A stretch of DNA of 13,752 nucleotides from a bacterium (GCA_027452085.1 DAIDHG010000023.1:1-13752), one strand, 5' to 3'. Numbered from the stretch's first letter, positions 1 to 8,686 are shown. A program made the numbers and translations. The notes: generated from the sequence alone by a model not told the origin.

Positions 1-55
1 AAACGACTATATAAGCGATACTTATAGCATCAAATCTCATGAGGAGCTACACACT

Positions 56-751
56 ATGTATCTTGTTGAAGGCAATATCGGAGCCGGTAAATCCACTTTT
101 CTGACGCTCTTGGCCAAGCATATCCCCTATGCTTCAATTGCCTATGAGCCTCGTGAACATTGGCAAAGCGAAGATGGCGGATCGATGTTGACCAAATTCT
201 ACGAAGATCCGCAGCGCTGGGCGTTTACTATGGAAACGTGGGCGATGATCCAACGAGTGCGCCATCATATACAAGAGCAACAAAATCCTTCTCCCTTCCA
301 TGTGATCGAACGATCTATTTATTCGGGCTTTTATGCCTTTGCAAAAAACGACCTAGATCAAGGCTTTATGACGCCTGCCGAATGGGATCTGCATCAACAA
401 TGGTTTAATTTCTTAGTGCCGGGCAAATGTATGCCACCAATCGGCATTATCTATCTGCACACCAATCCCGAGATTGCTTTTGACCGCATGAAAAAACGCA
501 ACCGCGGCTCAGAAGGCGGCATTACATTCCAATACATGAAACAGATTGATGAACGTCACACCGATTATCTACTGAATAAAAATGGTGTCGTTGAAGATCT
601 TAAACCGGTGCCGGTATTAGTGCTTGATTGCAATGAAGAGTTTGAAAACAATCCAGAACGATGTACCGCCCTTATGAAACAGGTTGAAGAATTTATGCTG
701 ACCACGGCTATAGCTGATGGTCCTGCCCAACCAGTATCAAATCCGCGTTAA
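56..751 (+). CDS. Deoxynucleoside kinase (dCK/dGK/dAK family)
   Basis: N-terminal P-loop VEGNIGAGKST, EP motif (YEPREHW), FYEDPQRWAF, IERSIYS motif, lid KKRNRGSE; RBS GAGGAG at 41-46. Confidence 0.93.
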   Translation: MYLVEGNIGAGKSTFLTLLAKHIPYASIAYEPREHWQSEDGGSMLTKFYEDPQRWAFTMETWAMIQRVRHHIQEQQNPSPFHVIERSIYSGFYAFAKNDLDQGFMTPAEWDLHQQWFNFLVPGKCMPPIGIIYLHTNPEIAFDRMKKRNRGSEGGITFQYMKQIDERHTDYLLNKNGVVEDLKPVPVLVLDCNEEFENNPERCTALMKQVEEFMLTTAIADGPAQPVSNPR

Positions 752-757
752 AACAAG

Positions 758-785
758 GCACCCAACATGCATTAAAATTGGGTGC
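758..785. terminator. Hairpin between convergent dNK and tyrS, possible terminator
   Basis: Perfect 8-bp inverted repeat GCACCCAA (758-765) / TTGGGTGC (778-785), 12-nt loop; U-tract is weak. Confidence 0.45.
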
Positions 786-818
786 ATAATGTAACAGGTA
801 ACAAATACGTTAATGCCT

Positions 819-2024
819 TTAAGCAAGCACATAAATTCGATGTTTGCCCACCCGGATGGTTTGCCCCGTTTTCCAGTTAATCACTGTCTTAATATCAGAA
901 ATCTTTTCACCATCGATATGCACAGCGCCACCTTCAATAAGGCGCTTTGCTTCGGCATTTGTCGGCGCTGCCTGGAGTGCTCTTAAAAGATCGATAATCC
1001 CAAGTGGATTGGGCGTGCCTTCGGGAAATGAAACTGGTGTTCCGTGTGCATAATCCTTCTTTTGAAACAACGCTTCAAATTGCTCTTGAGCCTGGTCGGC
1101 CTGCACGGGTGACCAAAACTGTTTGACGATGCTATGCGCCATCTCTTTTTTAAGTTTCATTGGATGTGCTGCACCCGATGCCACATCCTTTTTCATTTGA
1201 TCAATTTCAGTAATAGTTTTGCCAACTAATAGATCATAGTATTGCCACATGAGCGTATCGGAAATTGACATGAGTTTGCCATAGGCCTGGTCGGCTGGTT
1301 CAGCGATACCGATCGCATTGCCTAATGATTTGGACATTTTGTTAGTGCCATCAAGACCAATGAGTAACGGAGTGGTGATCACCGCTTGTGGTGATTGACC
1401 ATACTGTTCTTGCAAGAATCGCCCCATTAATAAGTTGAAGGTTTGGTCAGTGCCACCAAGCTCCACATCTGATTCTAATGCCACTGAATCATACCCTTGG
1501 AATAGTGGGTACAGCAGCTCATGAAAACTGATAGGCGTATGCTCTTTCAATCGTGTTGCAAAATCTTCACGTTCTAAAAGACGTGACACAGTAACCTTGG
1601 CACAGAGCTGCACAAAATCTTTCATGGTGAGCAAATCAAGCCAGGTGGAATTAAATGAAACCATACCCCGCTTGCCTTTTTCAATGGTAAGAGTGCCCAG
1701 ATCTAGAATCTTGCCAACTTGTGCTAAATAGGTTTGTGTATTGTGGGCAATGTCGGCATCTGAAAGTGGTGGTCGTGTTTTTGATCGGCCGGTAGGATCG
1801 CCAATGCGAGCGGTAAAATCCCCAATTACTAAGGTAATGTGATGGCCAAGATCTTGAAACTCACGAAGCTTGCGCAACACAACGGCGTGACCCAAATGAA
1901 GGTCGGGCGCAGTTGGATCAACGCCAAGCTTTATTTTTAATTTTTTACCTGAAGCCAACTTTTTTTTTAGTTCTTCAGCTGGGATTATTTGTACGGTGCC
2001 GCGTTGAATTTTTTCAAATGACAT
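819..2024 (-). CDS. tyrS: Tyrosine--tRNA ligase
   Basis: [15 protein letters not shown] (HIGH motif), [31 protein letters not shown]-terminal S4-like domain ([16 protein letters not shown]...RVGKHR). Confidence 0.98.
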   Translation of the reverse strand: MSFEKIQRGTVQIIPAEELKKKLASGKKLKIKLGVDPTAPDLHLGHAVVLRKLREFQDLGHHITLVIGDFTARIGDPTGRSKTRPPLSDADIAHNTQTYLAQVGKILDLGTLTIEKGKRGMVSFNSTWLDLLTMKDFVQLCAKVTVSRLLEREDFATRLKEHTPISFHELLYPLFQGYDSVALESDVELGGTDQTFNLLMGRFLQEQYGQSPQAVITTPLLIGLDGTNKMSKSLGNAIGIAEPADQAYGKLMSISDTLMWQYYDLLVGKTITEIDQMKKDVASGAAHPMKLKKEMAHSIVKQFWSPVQADQAQEQFEALFQKKDYAHGTPVSFPEGTPNPLGIIDLLRALQAAPTNAEAKRLIEGGAVHIDGEKISDIKTVINWKTGQTIRVGKHRIYVLA

Positions 2025-2071
2025 TTTCTATTCCTTAGGCAGATTTTTGTGTGATTTTTTGGTGAACATCC

Positions 2072-2797
2072 CTAGCCTTTGTAGAATTGCATAAACCCAA
2101 GAAGGTTGGCAAGCCATATCCACCAATGCCAGATCAAACCTTCGATGCCCAAAATTATAAATTGCATCACAAAGTTTATCGGGCCTTCAAACAAATATAA
2201 CAAGGCAATGGCAATCAATAATGATATTAATTCTGTTTCATGCCATTCGCCAATATCAAATTTTGCAAAACCAATTAATGCCGTTGCACGGAATAAGCCC
2301 AACAGTAGGCTGAAGAAGGAGAAATAGACCGCAAAAATAGCCATCCGGAAGATCACCAGGCCAAAAGCTTTTTTAACCGCAGGATGTGAAACGAAGAAGG
2401 CTGGCAGTGGCAAGGTTTGCGAAAAACCGCCAAGCGTTGTAGTAACAATAAACATCATTAAAAAAGCCAGCACTGCATTTGCAAAAGCTTGACTACTGTA
2501 GGCAAAGAATGCTTCAAGGCGCTTATGTCGGCCAGTAAAGCGTTGTGGATTTATTGGCACCGGCCGTGACCAGCCAAAGCCGGTTAAGAAGAACAAGGCA
2601 AAACCAAGTGGATCGAAATAAACGAGCGGGTGTAATGATAAAAATCCTGCATCCTCTGCCGTACGATCACCAAGTTTTTTTGCAATATACGCCTGCAAAT
2701 AGCCGCTGAAGATAACGATGAGAAAATAGGCCAATACTTTGGCGATCGCATCATTCAATACAGCCGCAACTTTATATGTTGTCATCATATGATTCAC
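2072..2797 (-). CDS. Site-2 protease (M50)-like membrane protein, catalytic motifs absent
   Basis: AYIAKKLGDRTA...LSLHPLVYFDPLG...GFGWSRPVPINP matches the YwhC-like M50 subfamily; several TM segments; HExxH position reads SGYLQ. The true start may be an ATG at 2788 or 2785. Confidence 0.75.
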   Translation of the reverse strand: MNHMMTTYKVAAVLNDAIAKVLAYFLIVIFSGYLQAYIAKKLGDRTAEDAGFLSLHPLVYFDPLGFALFFLTGFGWSRPVPINPQRFTGRHKRLEAFFAYSSQAFANAVLAFLMMFIVTTTLGGFSQTLPLPAFFVSHPAVKKAFGLVIFRMAIFAVYFSFFSLLLGLFRATALIGFAKFDIGEWHETELISLLIAIALLYLFEGPINFVMQFIILGIEGLIWHWWIWLANLLGFMQFYKG

Positions 2798-2845
2798 TGA
2801 GTAAGAATTGAGTAACTTTCGTTGTTAAGGATCAAACCTTGAACC

Positions 2846-2854
2846 AGTATACCA
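2846..2854 (-). promoter_or_regulatory. Putative extended -10 promoter for the M50-like gene and tyrS
   Basis: Minus strand reads TGG-TATACT (TGn + -10), about 50 nt upstream of the start; no good -35. Confidence 0.4.
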
Positions 2855-2918
2855 TTGATGAGCAGGTATTGTCGCTATATTTGGTCATACGGTACCACAC
2901 TTTAATCAGTCACCCATA

Positions 2919-2947
2919 TTGATCTTGTTTTTTTGGTGCAATACAAT
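2919..2947 (+). promoter_or_regulatory. Putative sigma70 promoter for the TMTC-like gene
   Basis: TTGATC (2919-2924) - 17 nt - TACAAT (2942-2947). Confidence 0.55.
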
Positions 2948-3029
2948 GTGCCGTCCCGCGATATATATCGATCGCTCAAATGGTCGAAATAAGCGGATAC
3001 GAAATGAACTAATGTTTTTTGGAGAGCGC

Positions 3030-5420
3030 ATGCACGCACAGCAAACTCAATCTCAAGAGTCATCGTTACTATCTACCTTAATCAAATTTGTAGTCGCCCC
3101 TTTAGCACTGGCTGCAGTAACTTTTTTTGTGTACTACCAGTCAGTAGATTATGCGTTTCAATTTGATGATATAGCCAATATCCTTAAATTTTTTAATATT
3201 AGAACTGAGACGTTGAGCACATTATTTTTTAAACATGCCCGCTGGATAGGCACCTGGCTGAACGCGGTCAATTACCGCATGGGCAAGGGTGATCCATTTG
3301 CGCCACACTATTACCGTCTCTTTAATATTTTCTTCCATATTTTCACATCGGTTGTTGTCTTTTATTTCTTGTATTACGCACTTTCATTACTTAAAAACAA
3401 AGCAGAAAAAGAGCGCCTTGAAGGCTTAAGCTTTAATAGCTCATTCTTTTACAACAACGCATATCCTATCGCCCTTTTTGCAACCACTTTATTCATGTTG
3501 CATCCGGTGCAATCACAAACAGTCTCCTATGTAATTCAAGGGCGGTTGGAAGGATTGGCCGGGCTCTTTATTTTAATGATGTCACTCTGCTTTTTGCTGT
3601 TTAATACCGTGCACAACAAAACAGCAAAAATTGGGCTGGGCGTGCTGCTCTTTGCGCTGGCGGCCCTATCTACTGGCACGAAAGAATATGCCTTTATCTC
3701 ACCCGTGCTCTTATTATTGGTTGACTGGTTCTTTGTGGCTCAAGGTGATGTGAAAAGCCTCAAGAGCCGTTGGATGCAACATGCTGGTATTGCTTTGACC
3801 GTATGGGGAATGTATCTCTACTTTTTAAAGCCTAATTTCTTTATTGAAATCATTACCATGAAGAAAGCATTACCAAACAACATTGGTAATGAACTGACAG
3901 AAAATCGCACTGACCTGATCAAGCCATGGCCATTCTTTATTTCACAATTTAAAGTGATTTTGCACTATTTGGGTATCTTCTTGTGGCCATTTAACATCAG
4001 TGTTGATTATGACTGGAAAATGGTACGCGGCTTCTTCGCCCCAGATTGTTTATTGCCCTTAATGGCATTGCTTGCCATTGGCGGTTACATTCTGCATCTG
4101 CTTCGTCGCAACACCACCAACATGATCGCCTTTGGTTTACTGTGGTTCTTTATAACCATTGCTCCTCGTGCATCATTTATTCCGGCCACCGAACTTATTG
4201 CAGATTATAAAACATACCTTGCATGCGTTGGATGGTTATTTGTGCTTGCAGCTGTGTTAGTGTATGGCATTCAATATATGGTAGAAAAAAGAGCCACCTC
4301 TGAAGAGCACAAAAAAAGATTCTTTAAATCACCACTGCAATTCCTGCCAGTAGCAACCTGCGCCGTATTGTTGGGCGCGGGCACCTATGATCGCAATAAG
4401 GTATGGAGCTCTGGGGAAGCTTTCTGGGCAAACGTGCTAAAAAATGCTCCAGGGCGTGCACGCGCGTATAATAATTATGGGGTAGCTCTATCTGAAAATG
4501 GCAAATATGCGGAAGCGATTCCGCATTTTAAACAAGCTATCAAAATGGATCGCATTTATCCTGATCCAATAAATAACTTGGCGGTTGCCTATTCATCAAT
4601 TGGCAAAACAGATGAAGCGATTGAAGTGCTCAAACAAGGGTTGCGCATCCATCCGTATTACCCAGAAGCACACAACAATCTTGCTTCTTTCTATATTCAA
4701 AAGAAAGAGTATGACAATGCCGAGAAGTTTTTAGATGTGGCAATCTCTCTGCGCCCATACTACGGCAAAGCGCATTATAACCGAGCACGCGTAGCACTCT
4801 TGCGTGCAGAAGCAGCAAAAGATGAAAAACAGAAATTGGCCTTCCAAGAAAAAGCATGGCAATCATTTAAGAACGCTGCCGTGCATGGCGACTTTGATAA
4901 TAATATCGTTGGCATTCATGAATATGCGCGTTTGAGCATGCAATTGAAAAAATATGATGATGCTATTTCTGGTTACAAACGGCTTCTCACGCTCAACCCG
5001 AGGCTGGATGAAGCACTCTTCTTGATTGCAAATGCACTATTCTTCAAAGGTGAATCAAAGCAAGCAGTAGCCGTCTACGAAGAGTTTTTACGACGATCGC
5101 CAGGCGATATTCGCGGGCTCAATAACCTTGGCGAGGTCTATTTCCAAAATGGCCAACCAGCCAAGGCGGCAGAATATTTTGCGCAAGTAGTGAAACAAAA
5201 GCCTGAAATGATTGGCATTCAGTTGCGGCTGGCCGAGTGTTTGGATCGTTTGGGCAAGCCTGAATTAGCCAAAGAGCGCTTAGCGGCATTACTCAAACAT
5301 AAATTGCCATCAACTACCGAGACCTCGATTAAGACAGCTATGGCCGAAATTGATAAACATCTGGGCAAGAGTGCGCCAAACGTAGTGAAGGGCGGCCCTC
5401 GCGGTGCCAAAATTGCTTAA
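3030..5420 (+). CDS. TMTC-like multi-pass membrane glycosyltransferase (GT-C, putative protein O-mannosyltransferase) with C-terminal TPRs
   Basis: DD motif after first TM (FQFDD), YYRLFNIFFH, LFMLHPVQSQTV, KE motif, FLWPFNISVDY, RNKVW, then multiple TPRs (ARAYNNYGVAL, PEAHNNLA, GLNNLGEVY). Start moved to ATG 3030 because of GGAGAG at 3021-3026 and the promoter at 2919. Confidence 0.85.
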   Translation: MHAQQTQSQESSLLSTLIKFVVAPLALAAVTFFVYYQSVDYAFQFDDIANILKFFNIRTETLSTLFFKHARWIGTWLNAVNYRMGKGDPFAPHYYRLFNIFFHIFTSVVVFYFLYYALSLLKNKAEKERLEGLSFNSSFFYNNAYPIALFATTLFMLHPVQSQTVSYVIQGRLEGLAGLFILMMSLCFLLFNTVHNKTAKIGLGVLLFALAALSTGTKEYAFISPVLLLLVDWFFVAQGDVKSLKSRWMQHAGIALTVWGMYLYFLKPNFFIEIITMKKALPNNIGNELTENRTDLIKPWPFFISQFKVILHYLGIFLWPFNISVDYDWKMVRGFFAPDCLLPLMALLAIGGYILHLLRRNTTNMIAFGLLWFFITIAPRASFIPATELIADYKTYLACVGWLFVLAAVLVYGIQYMVEKRATSEEHKKRFFKSPLQFLPVATCAVLLGAGTYDRNKVWSSGEAFWANVLKNAPGRARAYNNYGVALSENGKYAEAIPHFKQAIKMDRIYPDPINNLAVAYSSIGKTDEAIEVLKQGLRIHPYYPEAHNNLASFYIQKKEYDNAEKFLDVAISLRPYYGKAHYNRARVALLRAEAAKDEKQKLAFQEKAWQSFKNAAVHGDFDNNIVGIHEYARLSMQLKKYDDAISGYKRLLTLNPRLDEALFLIANALFFKGESKQAVAVYEEFLRRSPGDIRGLNNLGEVYFQNGQPAKAAEYFAQVVKQKPEMIGIQLRLAECLDRLGKPELAKERLAALLKHKLPSTTETSIKTAMAEIDKHLGKSAPNVVKGGPRGAKIA

Positions 5421-5438
5421 TAACAGTAATTCAGCATT

Positions 5439-5472
5439 AAAAAGACTCGCATTTTACGGCGGGTCTTTTTTT
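5439..5472. terminator. Bidirectional rho-independent terminator
   Basis: AAAAAGACTCGC ... GCGGGTCTTTTTTT stem-loop with A- and T-tracts, between the convergent TMTC-like gene and ftsY. Confidence 0.85.
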
Positions 5473-6340
5473 ATGCATCCACTATTTGTTGAATACATTG
5501 ATCAGGATTAAAGAGCTCAAGATCGTCGATCTTTTCACCACATGAGATATAGGCGATGGGAATTGATAGCTGTGAGGAAATTGCGAAAACAATTCCTCCC
5601 TTGCCTGTGCCATCCATTTTGGTAAGCACCACGGCACTGAGCGGTGATGCTTCATGAAAGAGCTGCGCCTGCTCCAAGCTATTTTGCCCAAGCATGCTAT
5701 CAAGCACGAGGAATGTCTCTATTTTGTCGTTGGGCAACTGTTTAATAATGGTGCGTTTTAACTTTTCTAATTCCTTCATGAGAGGAATCTTTGTCTGCAA
5801 CCGACCTGCCGTATCAATGATTAAGGCATCATAGCCACCAGCCTTAAATTTCTCACAACCGGCAAAGACAACTGAGGCTGGATCTTGTTGGTCTGCGCCA
5901 ATCACAATGTCTGACCCTGCACGCGAGGCCCATGTTTGCAGCTGCTCGGTGGCCGCGGCACGGAAAGTATCACCGGCGATCATTAATACTTTTTTATGCT
6001 GTTGTTTAAAGCGAGCAGCCAGCTTACCGCTCAGGCTCGTTTTGCCACTGCCATTGATCCCAACCAAGAGATATACGCGCGCACTCGGGTCAACATAGGG
6101 AATCAGCGACTTTTTAAATTCATCGATAACAATTTCACGCACGGTGCGATTTTCACTATTGTTTTTACGCACCGCCTCAATAATCGACCGAGCCGTTTTG
6201 ACCCCAACATCTGCTTTGATTAATGATATTTCGAGTGCTTTCAGCTCCTGCTCATCAAGCCTACTGCGAGAAAAGAAGCTTCTGACCGAGTCAAAAATCG
6301 AAAAAGCTTTTTTTAATTTTTCTTTGATAAATGAAAACAT
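5471..6340 (-). CDS. ftsY: Signal recognition particle receptor FtsY (short NG-only form)
   Basis: LIKADVGV, GINGSGKT, AGDTFRAAATEQL, DPASV, IIDTAGRLQT, TKMDGTGKGG, GEKIDDL. Confidence 0.96.
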   Translation of the reverse strand: MFSFIKEKLKKAFSIFDSVRSFFSRSRLDEQELKALEISLIKADVGVKTARSIIEAVRKNNSENRTVREIVIDEFKKSLIPYVDPSARVYLLVGINGSGKTSLSGKLAARFKQQHKKVLMIAGDTFRAAATEQLQTWASRAGSDIVIGADQQDPASVVFAGCEKFKAGGYDALIIDTAGRLQTKIPLMKELEKLKRTIIKQLPNDKIETFLVLDSMLGQNSLEQAQLFHEASPLSAVVLTKMDGTGKGGIVFAISSQLSIPIAYISCGEKIDDLELFNPDQCIQQIVDA

Positions 6341-6957
6341 TACCGCATCCCCTCCAACCGTTGGAGAAATAATTTAAGCCTGCGATAGTCATTTCCGGTA
6401 TGCAATGAAAAGGCTTCAATAAAATTGGCCATCTTTTTCTCAGTGAGCAACCCGTGTTGTTTGATGCTGCGCAGCATCGCCAGCAATAGCTCATCTAAGT
6501 TAAATACCGAGTTAGACATGCCAAAGAGTACGTGCAGATACAAATCGGAACTATAAAATTGTTGGATCAAATCCTTATCTGCTGAAGCTATAAAGGCATG
6601 AATTTTTGATGGTTGAGGAGCCAAAGCATATTGGATTACTCCTTTTTCTTTATACCCGATTGTTAAACAGGAAAAAGTAGTACGTAAGAATTCAAAGATT
6701 TGGGGTTGCTCGCGTAGCAACTCCTCTTCAGTTTTTTGATAAGGGAAGGGATAGCGCGTGGGGTCCATCGAACCAGTTTGTGTTTGGTGAACCACGCCAA
6801 TGATAGTTCTTAAACCATTTTCAACGGTGACTAATGAACCGAATGCGGGAAAGAAATCCCATTGCCAACACTGGGCAACAAATTGCTGAAGCGAACTTTC
6901 TACCACCTCTGCAAACGCAGTATGCGTAGAATTAGTTTGAATGAGTTGATTGTTCAT
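6340..6957 (-). CDS. HAS-barrel domain protein (HerA/ATP-synthase barrel family)
   Basis: AEVVESS..FVAQC...PAFGSLV, GSMD, EELLREQPQIFEFLRTTF...IGY, PQPSKIH, DYRRL resemble stand-alone HAS-barrel proteins as I recall them from cyanobacteria and Chloroflexi. Start at ATG 6957 chosen to minimise the rnhB overlap; the ORF is open to 7017. The stop overlaps the ftsY ATG. Confidence 0.7.
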   Translation of the reverse strand: MNNQLIQTNSTHTAFAEVVESSLQQFVAQCWQWDFFPAFGSLVTVENGLRTIIGVVHQTQTGSMDPTRYPFPYQKTEEELLREQPQIFEFLRTTFSCLTIGYKEKGVIQYALAPQPSKIHAFIASADKDLIQQFYSSDLYLHVLFGMSNSVFNLDELLLAMLRSIKQHGLLTEKKMANFIEAFSLHTGNDYRRLKLFLQRLEGMR

Positions 6958-7690
6958 GTATGTGCTCAGTAAGCGAATCATGCATAATTTGATTGTGTGA
7001 TTCTGCCGGTTCTTCAACCGCTTCTATTAAGCTTAACTGCTCTGGCTTCTCTAAGAAACTCAAAAAACTATTCCGATGAATAATGGTTTTGCCTTGAGCA
7101 CGCAGCGCCGTGCAATGAACATCGGTTGCATAGCCTTTATGGCTCGCAAAACCATAACCGGGTATCACATTTTCCATACGTGTCATAATGGCATCGCGCC
7201 GAACTTTTGCAAGAATAGAGGCTGCAGCAATTGAGCTCGATTTGCGCTCGCCCTGGGGAAAATAATGAACAATAATATCTTTATAATTTTCGCCGTGCAG
7301 CTTTAAGGGCATCGCATCAATAAGAATCATACTAGGGCGCTGTGGACTTGCAGCCATTGCCTGCATCACCGCCCGCTTCATCGCGATCATGGTTGCTTGG
7401 TATATATTATAAGTATCAATCTGCCCGGGGGTAACAATACCGATGCCATACCAGCTATTTTTAATGATCCATTGGTAGGCTGATAAGCGCTCTTCTTCCG
7501 TTAATAGTTTGGAATCTTTAACTTTTCGCGAGCTTTTCCCTGGATGCAGGATGCAGGCTCCAACCACCACCGGACCGGCCAAGCAACCGCGACCAACCTC
7601 ATCCACGCCGCAGACGACAGACCCTGCCGCCCAGGCATTATGCTCGAGTTGGTCCTTCAGGATTTTGAATTCTAATGATGTACGACTCAT
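6932..7690 (-). CDS. rnhB: Ribonuclease HII
   Basis: CGVDEVGRGCLAGPVV, DSKLL, LIDA, SIAAASILAKVRRD, HKGYAT, IHRNSF; about 35-40 aa C-terminal extension. Confidence 0.96.
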   Translation of the reverse strand: MSRTSLEFKILKDQLEHNAWAAGSVVCGVDEVGRGCLAGPVVVGACILHPGKSSRKVKDSKLLTEEERLSAYQWIIKNSWYGIGIVTPGQIDTYNIYQATMIAMKRAVMQAMAASPQRPSMILIDAMPLKLHGENYKDIIVHYFPQGERKSSSIAAASILAKVRRDAIMTRMENVIPGYGFASHKGYATDVHCTALRAQGKTIIHRNSFLSFLEKPEQLSLIEAVEEPAESHNQIMHDSLTEHIHEQSTHSN

Positions 7691-7826
7691 GCAGTTATTT
7701 CGTTTATATAGTTTTCAGGTAGTAACCTAGCCTATTGTAAGATGCGCCCCAAAACCTGGGGCTATGGGATAGCGCGGCCGCTTTAGCAGAGCACTTTTGG
7801 ACCTCTTGGCCACTCCCCTACCCCAT

Positions 7827-7855
7827 TTGACGAGGTCAATATAGCTATATACCAT
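7827..7855 (+). promoter_or_regulatory. Putative sigma70 promoter of the XRE/S24 regulator, overlapped by two palindromes
   Basis: TTGACG (7827-7832) - 17 nt - TACCAT (7850-7855); palindromes TTGAC-gag-GTCAA (7827-7839) and ATATAGCTATAT (7839-7850). Confidence 0.6.
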
Positions 7856-7946
7856 GTGTATTATCAAATGAAACTCTAAGCAACTTTAGTATTCAGCTAT
7901 AGCAATGTCTCACAAAAGGATTGTAGAGACAAATGAGGAGACTTCA

Positions 7947-8630
7947 ATGTCTATTACCCCTAAACCAACCGAATTACGCGTTAAGGAACTCCTTCGTGAA
8001 AAAGGTTGGACGACTAAGATATTAGCAGAAAAAACGGGCTTGTCAGAAAGCTATTTAACTCACATCAAAAATGGTACCCGTCGCTGGAACGAAGATTCAT
8101 TACGCAAGCTGGCCTATGCCTTTGAGCTCAGTCCGCTTGATATCTTCGCCATCCGCAAAAAACGAACCGATGATATTGAGAGCAACATAAGCCTTCCAGA
8201 GAAGAGCGATGTTAAGCTCAATGTACAAATCGTACCAGTTATGGGCGAAGTTCCTTCAAATCCATCGCCCTACAATAACCAGCTCTTACAAACAACGACT
8301 GGGTTTAAAGACCAATTCATCCCAATGTTGAATACCAATGACGCAAATATGTTTGCGCTCTGCCTGGATACAAATACCCACGCACCGGTATTCCATAAAG
8401 GTGATCTTTTGGTTATTTCGCCAGAAACACCGGCGCGCTCGGGAGATATCGCCGCCGTAGAATATGGCAATGAAACACCGGTTAAAAGTATTGTACGCAT
8501 GACTACAAGCGAAGAGTTTGTGGTACTTGAGTCAATCAACCAAAAAGGTGCGCCTATTGCTCTGGTAAAAGGCAAGGATCATTTCCGTATTATCGGCCGC
8601 GTGATCCAGCGCATTCAGAAGTTCCAGTAA
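7947..8630 (+). CDS. XRE-family HTH transcriptional regulator with C-terminal S24/LexA-like domain
   Basis: HTH LRVKELLREKGWTTKILAEKTGLSESYLTHIKNG; S24-fold pattern VPVMGEV...FALCL...FHKGDLLVISP...SGDI...LESIN...IIGRVI; RBS GAGGAG just before ATG 7947 (ORF open from 7905). Confidence 0.88.
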   Translation: MSITPKPTELRVKELLREKGWTTKILAEKTGLSESYLTHIKNGTRRWNEDSLRKLAYAFELSPLDIFAIRKKRTDDIESNISLPEKSDVKLNVQIVPVMGEVPSNPSPYNNQLLQTTTGFKDQFIPMLNTNDANMFALCLDTNTHAPVFHKGDLLVISPETPARSGDIAAVEYGNETPVKSIVRMTTSEEFVVLESINQKGAPIALVKGKDHFRIIGRVIQRIQKFQ

Positions 8631-8649
8631 CTTTCTCAATAGATCCTAC

Positions 8650-8686
8650 AAGGAGTCGCTCAGTTATTTTGAGCGACTCCTTTTTT
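8650..8686 (+). terminator. Rho-independent terminator
   Basis: 13-bp perfect stem AAGGAGTCGCTCA / TGAGCGACTCCTT running into a T6 tract, 20 nt after the stop. Confidence 0.9.

Noticed and set aside
2919..3029. 37-codon N-terminal extension of the TMTC-like ORF (TTG start)
   Set aside because: It overlaps the predicted promoter; the SD-preceded ATG at 3030 is a better start
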